Numbered from the stretch's first letter, positions 1 to 10,172 are shown. The stretch is 64,000 nt of DNA from an uncultured Nitrospinota bacterium (GCA_963707985.1 CAVPRW010000025.1:64001-128000), one strand, 5' to 3'. Notes: a model not told the origin generated them from the sequence alone. Numbers and translations: made by a program.

Positions 1-1050
1 GGCGTCGGGGTGGCGGCGCAACACTCCAAGGCCCGAACACGGGGCATCAACCAGGATGCGGTCAAACGTTCGCTTGAACTCGATCCTCTCGGCCTTTCCC
101 CCTACACCCCGCAAGCACTGTAAGCCTAGGCGCCGAGCGTTCTGCGCCACGAGGTTTAACCGTTGAGGGCTCTGGTCAAGGCAGAAAATGTCACCGCGAT
201 CCGCCATTAATTCCGCTGCATGCGTCGCCTTTCCGCCAGGAGCGGCGCAGGCGTCGAGCACCCGCTCTTCGGGCTGCGGTGCGAGGAGATATCCACACAA
301 GATGGCCGCCTCATCCTGGACCGTAAACCAACCGTCTCGATAGCTCTGGAGCTGGTCAAGTGCGGCATGTGACCTGATGCAGACCCCGTCGGGAGCGAAG
401 CGGCAGGGCTCTGCCTCGCAGCCGTCAGCGATCAGCGACGCCAGGAGACGCTCACGTGTCGCGCGTCGTCGGTTCACTCGCACCGTAAGGGGCGGACGCA
501 CATTATTGGCCTGACACATGGCCACGGTCTGTTGCGGACCATAGTGCGCCAGCCAGCGCTCGACCATCCAGCGTGGATGCGACTCGGTAATGGTGAGATA
601 GGCCAGCAAATCAGTGGAAGCCTCCGGCAGGGACATGGTGCCACGTTTGCGCTCTAAGGCGCGCAGCACCGCGTTCACATAGGCCACCACTCCCGCATGG
701 CCGACCTGTTTGGCCAGTTGCACTGTTTCACTGACGGCAGCATACGGTGGCAGGTGATCCATCAAGCAGAGCTGGTACGCACCGAGCCGAAGCAGATTGC
801 GAACGGCTGGGGTCAACGATTCAAGGAGATGATCGGAGCATTGCTGCAACATCCAATCGAGCCGATTCCGCCAGCGTAGAACCCCGTAGGTGAGCTCGCG
901 TAGAAAGGCTCTCCCCTGAGGTGTGAGGCCTTGCGCAGCTGCCAGCGTAGTGATCAACTGGTCGGCAAAGTCCCCTGCGGTCTCGACACGACGGAGCACC
1001 CGGAGCGCGAGCTGCCGCACCGGCTGCCGCTGGATTGGTGAGCTCGTCAT
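1..1050 (-). CDS. rsmB: 16S rRNA m5C967 methyltransferase RsmB/Sun (3' end runs off the window)
   Basis: Translated by hand from the ATG at 1050, which overlaps the fmt stop as ATGA. NusB-like N-terminus (ELTYGVLRWRNRLDW...LRLGAYQL...AAVSETVQLAK), then QDEAAIL and VLDACAAPGGKATH. Classic def-fmt-rsmB order. Confidence 0.93.
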   Translation of the reverse strand, partial: MTSSPIQRQPVRQLALRVLRRVETAGDFADQLITTLAAAQGLTPQGRAFLRELTYGVLRWRNRLDWMLQQCSDHLLESLTPAVRNLLRLGAYQLCLMDHLPPYAAVSETVQLAKQVGHAGVVAYVNAVLRALERKRGTMSLPEASTDLLAYLTITESHPRWMVERWLAHYGPQQTVAMCQANNVRPPLTVRVNRRRATRERLLASLIADGCEAEPCRFAPDGVCIRSHAALDQLQSYRDGWFTVQDEAAILCGYLLAPQPEERVLDACAAPGGKATHAAELMADRGDIFCLDQSPQRLNLVAQNARRLGLQCLRGVGGKAERIEFKRTFDRILVDAPCSGLGVLRRHPDA

Positions 1051-1979
1051 GTGCCGAGCACATCTTCAGGGCGCAACGCATGGCCGCGCGCATAGGCCGC
1101 CGCGGCCATGCGGCGACCGCTTGCCGGTTGCACTTCAAGCAAGGTTAGACATCCATCCCCAGTCTCAACTCGGATGCCAAGGGCATCGATGCTGGCGACT
1201 TGTCCCGGCCTCCCCGAGCCCGACATTGGCATCGACATCGCACGCCAAATACGCAAGGGCTTGCCACGATGCGTGGTCACCGCTCCTGGCCAGGGAGTGA
1301 CGCCGCGGATGAGATGGGCCAGGGCATCGGCACTGTGACTCCAGATGATGGTACCATCCTCCTTTCGCAGCTTTGGCGCATACGTGGCTAGGACATGGTC
1401 TTGCGGCATCGGCCTCAAAGCCCCAGTCTCCATACCATCCAGGGCGGACAACAGCGCCTCAGCACCGCATGTCGCCAGACGCACCTCCAACGTGCCGGCA
1501 TTATCGGATGGTTCGATGGCTACCTCGGACTGCAGCAGGATTGGGCCCGTGTCCAACGTTTCATCGATCAACATGATGGTCACACCGGTCACACGCTCAC
1601 CCCGGATAAGCGCCCAGTTAATTGGCGCCGCCCCGCGATATTGGGGCAGCAGTGAGGCGTGGACGTTGACACATCCGAGCGGGGGAATGGCCAGAAGAGT
1701 GGGGCGTAATAACTGCCCATAAGCCGCCACCACAATGACCTGTGGAGCCAGAGATTTGAGCTCGGCAAGGAATGGTGGAGCACTCGCCCGTCGCGGTTGT
1801 AAAACGTGCAATCGCTGTCCCGTTGCCACTTGTTTAATCGGGGATGCATCGATCCGCTGCCCACGCCCTCGCGGACGATCGGGTTGGGTCACCACGGCGA
1901 CAACGTCATGGCGGGAAGTTAAGAGCCCCTCCAACGTCGGCACGGCAAACGCCGAGGTCCCCATGAACACGATATTCAC
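1047..1979 (-). CDS. fmt: Methionyl-tRNA formyltransferase
   Basis: MNIVFMGTSAFAVP, VVTQPDRPRGRG, NVHASLLPQYRGAAPINWA. Confidence 0.97.
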   Translation of the reverse strand: MNIVFMGTSAFAVPTLEGLLTSRHDVVAVVTQPDRPRGRGQRIDASPIKQVATGQRLHVLQPRRASAPPFLAELKSLAPQVIVVAAYGQLLRPTLLAIPPLGCVNVHASLLPQYRGAAPINWALIRGERVTGVTIMLIDETLDTGPILLQSEVAIEPSDNAGTLEVRLATCGAEALLSALDGMETGALRPMPQDHVLATYAPKLRKEDGTIIWSHSADALAHLIRGVTPWPGAVTTHRGKPLRIWRAMSMPMSGSGRPGQVASIDALGIRVETGDGCLTLLEVQPASGRRMAAAAYARGHALRPEDVLGT

Positions 1980-1985
1980 GACGAC

Positions 1986-2501
1986 TTATCCTCTGGCGGC
2001 ATCGCGTTGGTACCGCTTCCATTCGTTCTTGAGAACCTCACGCTGAATTTTGCTCATGCGGTCCCAAATGAGGATGCCATCAAGATGGTCCATTTCATGC
2101 TGAAAGGCCCTGGCCAGATAGCCACGGCCCTTGAGGCTGACCTCTTGCTGATCCAAGTCCCAACCACGTATCTCCACCGACTCAGCGCGCGGGATCTCGG
2201 CTCGAATGTTGGGGATGCTCAGACAGCCTTCTTCTTCGATCACGCGTCCGCTCGCTGAGACGATCTTGGGATTGACGAGGACGATCAGCGCGTCTGGTTT
2301 TTCGCCCACGGTGATGTCGGTGACCATCAGTCGCAGCGATACCCCGATCTGGGGCGCGGCCAGGCCAACACCGGGCTCTGCATACATGGTGTCGACCATG
2401 TCGTCGACTAGTCGCCGCAGGTCGTCATCGATCATTTTGACCGGAGCCGCCTTTTTCCGCAGCACCGGATCCGGATACATCCGAATCTCTTGAATCGCCA
2501 T
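1986..2501 (-). CDS. def: Peptide deformylase
   Basis: GVGLAAPQIG, EGCLS and QHEMDHLDG motifs. Confidence 0.97.
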   Translation of the reverse strand: MAIQEIRMYPDPVLRKKAAPVKMIDDDLRRLVDDMVDTMYAEPGVGLAAPQIGVSLRLMVTDITVGEKPDALIVLVNPKIVSASGRVIEEEGCLSIPNIRAEIPRAESVEIRGWDLDQQEVSLKGRGYLARAFQHEMDHLDGILIWDRMSKIQREVLKNEWKRYQRDAARG

Positions 2502-2745
2502 CGTCCACTCCCTGGTTGCCGGAATCTATCGAGTGCAGAATTGCGCTATTCTGCACGACAGCGGTGGTATGCGTATACAGCCTGGCAGCAACTGCCAACC
2601 CATCGTTCGAACGCTCCCCAGTGTAGCGAAGCCGATTGCCAATTGCAATGTTCATCCCAAGATGCACAAGCCCTCGCATCACGATAGGTGATCGTGCTCC
2701 TGAACCTATCAGATACGGCAAATGTCGTATAGCCCCTCGTGGGTA

Positions 2746-3492
2746 CTACAGGCCGAGGAAAAGACGTTCGCTGAGCGTCAGGGGGAAGCCAAGGCGGGCG
2801 ATTTTCTCGCTGGCGGTATCCACGTCGTACTCAGCTCGTCGCAGCTCGAACGACCGTGCCTCGGTGTCGAAAATCCCATAGGAGGCTCGCCAGTCGCCGT
2901 CGCGTGGCTGGCCAACGCTGCCCACATTAAACACATAGCGCTGGTCTGGCACTATCTGGATAGTGGTCTGCGTGTCTTCCCAGATATGCAGCACTGGCTG
3001 CTCACGACAAATAAAGACGGTGCCCCGATGGGTATGGCCCACGAAAATCAGGGACTGAGAGGGGCAATCATGCTCAATAATCGTTGCCACATCAGCTTCA
3101 TCCAGTATATAAGGGAATTCCTCTTGCTGGTATGGTGATCCATGGCAGAGCAGCATGTCGTCCAGCTCGATGCGGTATGGCAACTGTGCTAGCCAACGCA
3201 TGTGTGCGGTGTCAAGCATCTGTTGATGCCCCTCTACGGCCACGCGTGCGGCAGCGTTAAACCACTCCGCGCTCAGGCGGCCAGTGCAAGCGGCATCGTG
3301 ATTTCCTAGAACGACTAGGTCCGCAAGGTCGCGAATGATCTGACAGCACTCATTCGGGTTGGCACCATACCCAACAGTGTCCCCTAAACAGATGTAGCGA
3401 TCGATTTGAGCCTGCCGGAATGCAATGAGTACCGCCTGCAATGCCTCAAGGTTTGCATGTACATCCGAAAAAATTCCAATGCGCATGATCAA
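2746..3492 (-). CDS. Metallophosphoesterase (calcineurin-like) family protein
   Basis: SDVHAN, CLGDTVGYG, LGNHD, CHGSP, GHTH, NVGSVGQPRDGD motifs. Confidence 0.9.
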   Translation of the reverse strand: MIMRIGIFSDVHANLEALQAVLIAFRQAQIDRYICLGDTVGYGANPNECCQIIRDLADLVVLGNHDAACTGRLSAEWFNAAARVAVEGHQQMLDTAHMRWLAQLPYRIELDDMLLCHGSPYQQEEFPYILDEADVATIIEHDCPSQSLIFVGHTHRGTVFICREQPVLHIWEDTQTTIQIVPDQRYVFNVGSVGQPRDGDWRASYGIFDTEARSFELRRAEYDVDTASEKIARLGFPLTLSERLFLGL

Positions 3493-3782
3493 AACCTCAT
3501 AGTTTTCTGACTTGTCTAAGGGTATATTTTTTGAGTTTATAAATTATGCTAATAAATGATGAATACAGAAATAACGTTAAAAACAATACATGCTTAGGAT
3601 CTTACTAGACAACCTCATGCTAGTACATAGATGACAATATGTAAAATTTCAACCCAAAAGGCACTTTACAGACATGGACGAACCTAGAAAATTGCTAGAA
3701 CCGTATATGGATATAGTGTTCTAACGGACACTGATCGACAAATCATCGCGCATACGCGACCAGATGAGAAGAGGTCCGATCA

Positions 3783-3974
3783 TCACTCCAACTTTTCCCC
3801 GTCTCCCCGACGAGTATTGCGGAAATGGTCCTGAAATTGCTGTACTAGTGCGTCGATCTCGCGCCTAGCTGAGCGGCCATGCCGTTGCAGGACGAATCGG
3901 TACAGCACCACACTGAAGATCACACCAGCGAGAAACCCGATCATCAGCCCATCAGTGAACATCTGATAGGACAT
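3783..3974 (-). CDS. Small single-pass membrane protein, unknown function
   Basis: 63 aa, strong RBS (AGGGAGGGAGGGT-ATG), one hydrophobic helix followed by a charged helical tail. Confidence 0.65.
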   Translation of the reverse strand: MSYQMFTDGLMIGFLAGVIFSVVLYRFVLQRHGRSARREIDALVQQFQDHFRNTRRGDGEKLE

Positions 3975-4087
3975 ACCCTCCCCTCCCTACCGGAATGCTC
4001 GTGGGTCAGCGAAAATCGTTAGCAGTCGTCAGGATATGCAAAGTATATCCGAATATTCTCGCCAGCGTCAAGCAACGCCGCTCAGGA

Positions 4088-4153
4088 CAGGGCTTAGCAT
4101 GTATCCGCTGATGACCAAATCAGGGCTTAGCATGTATCCGCTGATGACCAAAT
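4088..4153. repeat. Exact 33-bp tandem duplication
   Basis: CAGGGCTTAGCATGTATCCGCTGATGACCAAAT at 4088-4120 and again at 4121-4153. Confidence 0.95.
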
Positions 4154-4170
4154 GAGGACTGGATTTTGAG

Positions 4171-4199
4171 TTGCATTCAGGTGGGGGGCGTGGCATAAT
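4171..4199 (+). promoter_or_regulatory. Putative sigma70 promoter for the DD-carboxypeptidase gene
   Basis: TTGCAT-17 nt-CATAAT with an extended TG. Confidence 0.6.
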
Positions 4200-4289
4200 C
4201 ACGCGCGTTCAACATAACTGGTCGAGCTCGCGATTGCTTCGCGGACAGTGGCGCTAAAAATCTCAACCGTGTCCTAGCTCTGAGGCTCT

Positions 4290-5483
4290 ATGGCACCAAT
4301 TGGGCTGCTGCTTCCGGTCCTGCTATTGCTGTTCTGGAACATTTGCACTCTTCCCTCCTTCGCCTCAGCTGAACCGAATCCATCTGCCGCGGCGGCTCTA
4401 CTCATGGACGCCCCCACGGGCGATATTTTGTATGCCAAGAATGCCGACATGCCACTCCCCATGGCCAGTACCACAAAGGTCATGACCGGTTTGCTAGGAG
4501 TGGAACGCTTACGCCCGCACGAGCCCATCCAGGTCAGTGCGTACGCCGCTTCCATGAGCGCATCGAAACTGTATTTGCGGCCAGGAGAGTTGATGCGTGC
4601 CGATGACCTTCTCCAGGCCATCCTGCTTAAATCCGCCAACGATGCCAGTGCGGCGCTGGCCGAGAAAATCAGCGGTTCGGAAACAGCATTTGCAAGGCTC
4701 ATGACTCAGAGAGCTCGTGAACTGGGGGCACAGAATACCCACTTTGAGAATGCCTCCGGCCTGCCCGCCGATGACCATTATTCGACCGCCTTTGACTTGG
4801 CTGTGATCCTGCGCTATGCCATGCAGCGCCCCGACTTCGCCGAAATCATGCAAATGAAGACTGCGAGCGTCGAGAGTATGGCGGGCCGTGCCTGGACGGT
4901 CCGCAATCACAACCGTCTGTTGTGGACCTTTCCTGGGGCGCTCGGGGGAAAGACAGGATGGACTCGAGCGGCGAGACACTGCTACGTCGGTATGGTAGAG
5001 CATAGCGGCAAAACACTCATCGTCTCTGTCCTTGCCAGCTCACGCTTGTGGCACGACGTCAACGAACTCCTGCTGTATGGGTTTTCGACTACGGGTTCTG
5101 GAGAACCGCACTTCGTCTCCCTCAGTCAGGCGGCGACGCTTCCCCTTCCACTTCCCGCTCCACCACCTGAACGGAAATCACCCGAACGGAAGCTCCCCGA
5201 CCCTAAGCCACGTGAACCAAAGACTGTGGAGCGCAGAGGCGGGAATAGTGCGTCATACACCGTTCAGGTTGGGGCCTTCCGCGAAAAACGCCTGGCGGAG
5301 ACGCTGCAACAGCGCTTACACCAACGCGGCTACTCCGCTCATGTGATGACCTCAGGAACACGAACCGCCAAGTTCTATAAGGTGCGACTGGGAGGATTCA
5401 ACACACAGGGGGAGGCGAAGCGCTTTGTCGGCCAGCTCAAAAGTCAAATGGGGCTCGACGCCGTGGTTGCTGCCTCGGATTAG
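4290..5483 (+). CDS. D-alanyl-D-alanine carboxypeptidase (peptidase S11) with Pro-rich linker and C-terminal SPOR domain
   Basis: Signal peptide, STTK (SxxK), SAN (SxN), KTG; C-terminal YTVQVGAF...YKVRLGGF SPOR motif. Confidence 0.92.
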   Translation: MAPIGLLLPVLLLLFWNICTLPSFASAEPNPSAAAALLMDAPTGDILYAKNADMPLPMASTTKVMTGLLGVERLRPHEPIQVSAYAASMSASKLYLRPGELMRADDLLQAILLKSANDASAALAEKISGSETAFARLMTQRARELGAQNTHFENASGLPADDHYSTAFDLAVILRYAMQRPDFAEIMQMKTASVESMAGRAWTVRNHNRLLWTFPGALGGKTGWTRAARHCYVGMVEHSGKTLIVSVLASSRLWHDVNELLLYGFSTTGSGEPHFVSLSQAATLPLPLPAPPPERKSPERKLPDPKPREPKTVERRGGNSASYTVQVGAFREKRLAETLQQRLHQRGYSAHVMTSGTRTAKFYKVRLGGFNTQGEAKRFVGQLKSQMGLDAVVAASD

Positions 5484-5500
5484 AGGCTGGGGAGAAGCCG

Positions 5501-6283
5501 TTGACGACCTATGATACTCTCCTGGTTGAGCAGCGGCAGCAGGTGGTCACTGTGACGCTCAACCGTCCAACCGCTCTCAACGCCCTGAACACTACCCTCC
5601 GCCGCGATCTAAAGCAATGTTTTACGGACTTGCAAGCCGATCCTGAGGTGCGAGTAGTAGTCATCACCGGTGCCGGCCGCGCCTTCTGCGCAGGAGCCGA
5701 TATCAAAGAGTGGCGCGAGCCGACCTCGGTCGTAGAGGATCGAGAGGATCGGGTGCGGCTCAATTTTTGGCAGGTGATGAGCCGCTGTGAGTTCCCGATT
5801 ATTGCGGCGATCAACGGCTACGCGTTAGGTGGAGGCTGCGAGTTGGCGATGTGCTGCGATATGCGCATCGCCTCGGATCAAGCGCAACTAGGGCTGACTG
5901 AGGTGACGCTGGGGATTATCCCAGGCGGTGGGGGCACGCAACGATTGCCGCGGCTAGTTGGCCAAGGGAAGGCGCTGGAATTGATCCTCACCGGCAGACG
6001 CATCGAGGCACCCGAAGCCCTACGATTGGGCCTTGTTGAGGAAGTAGTTCCACATGATCAACTCATGCCAGCGGTCGAGGCTCTCGCTCAAACGATCGTC
6101 TCACGCGCCCCTTTGGCGGTTAAATATGCCAAAGAGGCTATCGTCCGAGGTCGGGAACTTCCGCTCACCGAAGGCTTGAAAGTCGAGGCGGAACTTTATA
6201 CCCTCCTGCGGACGACCGAAGATCGGATGGAAGGAGCTAGGGCCTTTCAGGAAAAGCGCCCACCGCAGTTCAAGGGCCGCTAG
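5501..6283 (+). CDS. Enoyl-CoA hydratase/isomerase (crotonase) family protein
   Basis: AFCAGADI, AINGYALGGGCELAMCCD, PGGGGTQRLPRLVG. Confidence 0.93.
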   Translation: MTTYDTLLVEQRQQVVTVTLNRPTALNALNTTLRRDLKQCFTDLQADPEVRVVVITGAGRAFCAGADIKEWREPTSVVEDREDRVRLNFWQVMSRCEFPIIAAINGYALGGGCELAMCCDMRIASDQAQLGLTEVTLGIIPGGGGTQRLPRLVGQGKALELILTGRRIEAPEALRLGLVEEVVPHDQLMPAVEALAQTIVSRAPLAVKYAKEAIVRGRELPLTEGLKVEAELYTLLRTTEDRMEGARAFQEKRPPQFKGR

Positions 6284-6314
6284 CCCATTTCCTCCTGGGA
6301 CAGAGGAGAACGCC

Positions 6315-7313
6315 ATGGACCAGATGCCCAAACCCGAGCGCGTAAGAGCCGCCTTGGCCGGAAAACCGGTCGATCGTCCGCCGGTCAGTTTTTGGCGTCA
6401 TTTTTTCGACAAGGAAACCAGTGCCACCGGCCTGGCAGAGGCGATGCTTGATTTTCAACGCACCTATGATTGGGATTTCATGAAGGTTAACCCACGCGCC
6501 TGCTACCATGTGGAACCCTGGGGTTGCCGATTCCGGTATAGCGGGCAGGCCCACATCGAGCCTAAGCTCATCGAAGTGGCCATTAAAACCCCGGACGACT
6601 GGCGCCGAATCAAGCCCCTCGCACCCACAATCGGTGCTTTCGGTGAGCAGCTACAAGCCTTGCGTCTCATTAAGGAGGGGCTCGGTGGTGAGGTGCCGTT
6701 TGTCGAGACGATATTCACGCCTTTGTCGGTCGCCGGGCGGTTAATCGGTTCGGATGAGGTAATGCACGAGCATCTGAGACAGTATCCCGAGCGTGTACAT
6801 GACGCCCTCGAAGCCATCACCCAAACCTTTGAGGGCTTTGCCCGAGCCTGCTTGAAGGTCGGGGTCGATGGGTTATTCTATGCTACGACCGGCTGGGCTA
6901 CGTACGATCGGCTGACCGACGCGGAATATGAAGAGTTCGGGCGGCCCTACGATGTGCGCGTACTCAAGGCGGTGGAAGCTGCCCCGTTCAATATCCTGCA
7001 TGTGTGCCGTGGCCATAACATGTTGTGGAAGCTCATGGATTATCCCGCACACGCGGTGAATTGGGCCACGGCGGATGCCACCAATCCACAGATCGGCGAG
7101 ATATGGCAGCACAGCCACCGACCTGTCATCGGTGGGGTGGATCACGTCGATACCTTGCATCATGGCACACCTGAGGCTGTTGTAGCACAGGTCCGCAGCG
7201 CTGTCGAACAGACCCGTGAAGGACTCCTCATCGGCCCCGGATGCTCAATCTCTCCTCAAACCCCAGCCGCAAATCTGCGGGCGGCTCGCGCCACAGTCGA
7301 CTCATTGGCTTGA
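6315..7313 (+). CDS. Uroporphyrinogen decarboxylase-like (URO-D/MtaA/CmuA family) protein
   Basis: ERVRAALAGKPVDRPPVSFWRHF, ILHVC, IGPGCS. Confidence 0.85.
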   Translation: MDQMPKPERVRAALAGKPVDRPPVSFWRHFFDKETSATGLAEAMLDFQRTYDWDFMKVNPRACYHVEPWGCRFRYSGQAHIEPKLIEVAIKTPDDWRRIKPLAPTIGAFGEQLQALRLIKEGLGGEVPFVETIFTPLSVAGRLIGSDEVMHEHLRQYPERVHDALEAITQTFEGFARACLKVGVDGLFYATTGWATYDRLTDAEYEEFGRPYDVRVLKAVEAAPFNILHVCRGHNMLWKLMDYPAHAVNWATADATNPQIGEIWQHSHRPVIGGVDHVDTLHHGTPEAVVAQVRSAVEQTREGLLIGPGCSISPQTPAANLRAARATVDSLA

Positions 7314-7394
7314 GCCGTTGACGGCCAGCCAGGCTGAGACAGCGGCGCGGATGCCAGTTTGTTCCCGAGCCGCCGCCGGTTGAGGAGAAGCCTT

Positions 7395-7964
7395 CTAGCG
7401 CCGCCCCCTAGTCAACGTCTCGCGCAGGGCACGCGCGGCTGCTTTGACGGGTAGCGCTTTGGTGCTGAGCGGTTTTCCACTTGACCCTGCCTGTATGGTG
7501 ACAAATACTGGCCCGTCAAGCTTGAGGATGTTCGGTAGCTCTTTGTCGAAGGCCGAGAGCTCAGCAAATTCGAAGGTGTGTGGAAATCCAGCCCCCTTGG
7601 CCATCGCGGCAAAATTGGTGCATCCGCGTCCAGGAATGGGTTGTCCTCCTGTCACCTCATAGATTTCGTTCTCGAACACGAAAAGGATGAGATTGCGCGG
7701 TGCTGTGTTGGCGATGCTGACGAGCACGCCCAGATTCATCAACATGCTGCCATCGCCGTTAAGGATCAATACTTTCCGATCCGGGCATGCAACCGCTAAC
7801 CCAAGCCCCATATCGGGCAGGTGCCCCATCCCGGTGCCAAGAGCGTTGAAATCGTAGTCACTTTGTGAGTAGGCTGGCCATTCTTGGGCCACGCTCATAG
7901 TGGTTATGACGAGCTCATCCGTGCGGTGTTTAGCCAGCGTTTGCAACACCTCATCCCGTCGCAT
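7395..7964 (-). CDS. ThDP-dependent decarboxylase beta subunit (sulfopyruvate decarboxylase ComE-like)
   Basis: GDGSMLMN ThDP-binding motif, YEVTGGQP; adjacent to an alpha subunit. Confidence 0.85.
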   Translation of the reverse strand: MRRDEVLQTLAKHRTDELVITTMSVAQEWPAYSQSDYDFNALGTGMGHLPDMGLGLAVACPDRKVLILNGDGSMLMNLGVLVSIANTAPRNLILFVFENEIYEVTGGQPIPGRGCTNFAAMAKGAGFPHTFEFAELSAFDKELPNILKLDGPVFVTIQAGSSGKPLSTKALPVKAAARALRETLTRGRR

Positions 7965-8002
7965 GATCCTTGCCCTTTCTTGTGGATGATCCCTAGCTTG
8001 TT

Positions 8003-8500
8003 CTACTCGTTGTACTCCACGCAGATGAGCGCTGCCACCGGACGTGAAATCTCCTGTGCTTGCTTAAATGCCTCGGCGATCTTGGGCGTGTCGGCATCGG
8101 TTACGATGTGGTGGAAGGGAATGCCCCAGGTGTTGAGAATCGGTTCGGTATAGACTGCCGCGCTGTCGAAGGGTTGCTTGCCAGCCTTCATTTCCATATA
8201 ACCACGATACCCGATCATCAGCAGCAGAGGCAATTCAAGTCCCAGCGCTGTGCCGCGGAGCACGTCCCCCGATTCAAACAAACCGGTGTTCTGAATCAAA
8301 ATGACTGGAGTTTTACCGCCCATCCATAGGCCTGATGCCACCGCAAAGGCTTCTCCTTCACGACATACGGGAATAAACCCTAGGTCCTTCTCCGCCTGCA
8401 TCGCATCATACATGAACTTGGATTCGCTATCCGGCAACCAGACGACGTGCGTAATACCGCACTTCTTCAATTGCTCGATAATGGTTTTAGGTTGTAACAC
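8003..8500 (-). CDS. ThDP-dependent decarboxylase alpha subunit (ComD-like)
   Basis: WLPDS, CREGEAFAVASG, IQNTG. Start moved to the GTG at 8500, which follows an RBS (GAGGAG). Confidence 0.85.
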   Translation of the reverse strand: MLQPKTIIEQLKKCGITHVVWLPDSESKFMYDAMQAEKDLGFIPVCREGEAFAVASGLWMGGKTPVILIQNTGLFESGDVLRGTALGLELPLLLMIGYRGYMEMKAGKQPFDSAAVYTEPILNTWGIPFHHIVTDADTPKIAEAFKQAQEISRPVAALICVEYNE

Positions 8501-8615
8501 AATCGTCTCTCCTCGTTCGCGACACCGTGCTCGCGAATACACCAATATGGCAATTGGTCCCCTGCTAAGAGGGGAGGTCCATTACTGCTTTCGGCCGTTG
8601 CACCAAAGCCGCCCC

Positions 8616-8644
8616 AGTATGAACGGCCATCCAAATGATGTCAA
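8616..8644 (-). promoter_or_regulatory. Putative sigma70 promoter for the comDE-like pair
   Basis: TTGACA-17 nt-CATACT on the minus strand. Confidence 0.65.
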
Positions 8645-8849
8645 GGAGCGATCCCCAGCGGTTTGCTGACATCCCATTGCGACAAGGTTCACCCAGGCAT
8701 GATGGCGCTCAATGTCTTGCAATCAACGGACTGATCCGCTAAGGTAGGGCGGATAGCACGATGCGGCAACACCAGGGACGATTGCCTATGGTGGTGTTGG
8801 TCCTGGGGAATGAGATCGGCGCGTCTGCCTCGGGCGGGACGCGGAGCAA

Positions 8850-10172
8850 ATGGATCTGGGTAAGATCGAGATGACCATGACGGCAGGTCAAGGTGCAGCC
8901 ATCGGGGTGTCGGCACCCTTTGTCAGAATATTTTCGTTAGCACTGGGCTCTGATGTCGGTGATGAGCTGCGCTCGCTCGGCAGAGCGAGCGACACGTCGT
9001 CCGTGCAGAACCTGTTACAGGTTGCCGTCAAACTTCTAGTCCCATCTGCATGGCGAACGACCATAGCCCAGGTCGTCGCGGCCTTTCCAGGACTGACCCT
9101 GTACACCCAACCACGGGGGAGCGATGAAGATGCGCTCCTAGTCATCGGACTGATGCCGGAAATTCGGGCGTGCGCCGGGGCCTTATCATCTGCCGAGCGA
9201 TCCATGTCGCCGCTGGCGCTGGAGCTGCTCAACCAACTCGCGTACATCTCACCCAGAGTCTATCAGACCTTGACATGTGGGGGAAGGGTGCTGGATTTTT
9301 CGGTGAAAACGGGAATTATGGGGATTCTTAACGTCACCCCTGACTCCTTCTATGACGGCGGAAGATATCTCGATCCGCAGGTGGCGGTTGATCGGGCGCA
9401 TCAGATGGTGGCAGAGGGTGCGGATATTATCGATATCGGCGGTCAGTCGTCACGCCCTGGCTCTGATCCGGTTTCCGAGGCTGAAGAAGCGGATCGTGTG
9501 CTACCAGTCGTGCGGGCGGTGGCCAAGTCAGTGTCAGCAATGATTTCTGTGGACACCTATCGCGCCGCGATCGCGCGGGCAGCCCTAGACGTTGGTGCAC
9601 ACCTGATCAACGATATTAGCGCCCTGCGCTTCGACCCAACTCTCTTGGAGGTGGTAGTAGAGCACCGGGCACCACTGATTTTGATGCACATGCAAGGCAT
9701 GCCGCGGACCATGCAGCTTAATCCGACCTATGAAGCGCTCATCGACGAAGTGTTCACCTTTCTGCACGGGCGTTTGGAGGCGGCCAAGGGAGGAGGAATG
9801 GTCGCCGACCGCTTGCTGATCGATCCCGGCATTGGCTTCGGCAAGGGCGCTCGGCATAACCTTGAGCTGCTGCGCAAACTGCACCATTTCCGCGCCCTAG
9901 GCCAGCCCATCGTGATCGGTACGTCGCGCAAAGCCTTCATCGGCTTGGTCCTTGGGACTGCGGTGAATGAACGACTGGAGGGGACTGCGGCAACCGTCGC
10001 CGCCGCGATCGTCCAGGGGGCAGATATCGTCCGCGTGCACGATGTGCTGGCGATGGCTCGGGTGGCGCGTATGCTGGACGCCATGGTTCGGCCTCACTTT
10101 GATACCCACGCCAAAGAGCCCAGTGCTGCCAAGTCCAACCATGCCACGGCTAAATGTCATAGAGGAGCGTGA
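8850..10172 (+). CDS. folP: Dihydropteroate synthase with ~150-aa N-terminal extension (start uncertain)
   Basis: MGILNVTPDSFYDGG, DIGGQSSRPG, SVDTY, IDPGIGFGK, GTSRK, VRVHDV. Confidence 0.93.
   Translation: MDLGKIEMTMTAGQGAAIGVSAPFVRIFSLALGSDVGDELRSLGRASDTSSVQNLLQVAVKLLVPSAWRTTIAQVVAAFPGLTLYTQPRGSDEDALLVIGLMPEIRACAGALSSAERSMSPLALELLNQLAYISPRVYQTLTCGGRVLDFSVKTGIMGILNVTPDSFYDGGRYLDPQVAVDRAHQMVAEGADIIDIGGQSSRPGSDPVSEAEEADRVLPVVRAVAKSVSAMISVDTYRAAIARAALDVGAHLINDISALRFDPTLLEVVVEHRAPLILMHMQGMPRTMQLNPTYEALIDEVFTFLHGRLEAAKGGGMVADRLLIDPGIGFGKGARHNLELLRKLHHFRALGQPIVIGTSRKAFIGLVLGTAVNERLEGTAATVAAAIVQGADIVRVHDVLAMARVARMLDAMVRPHFDTHAKEPSAAKSNHATAKCHRGA

Noticed and set aside
3495..3725. AT-rich stretch as oriC
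   Set aside because: No TTATCCACA-like boxes and no dnaA/dnaN/gidA context.
4088..4153. 33-bp repeat as a CRISPR array
   Set aside because: Only two copies, no spacer between them, and no cas genes.
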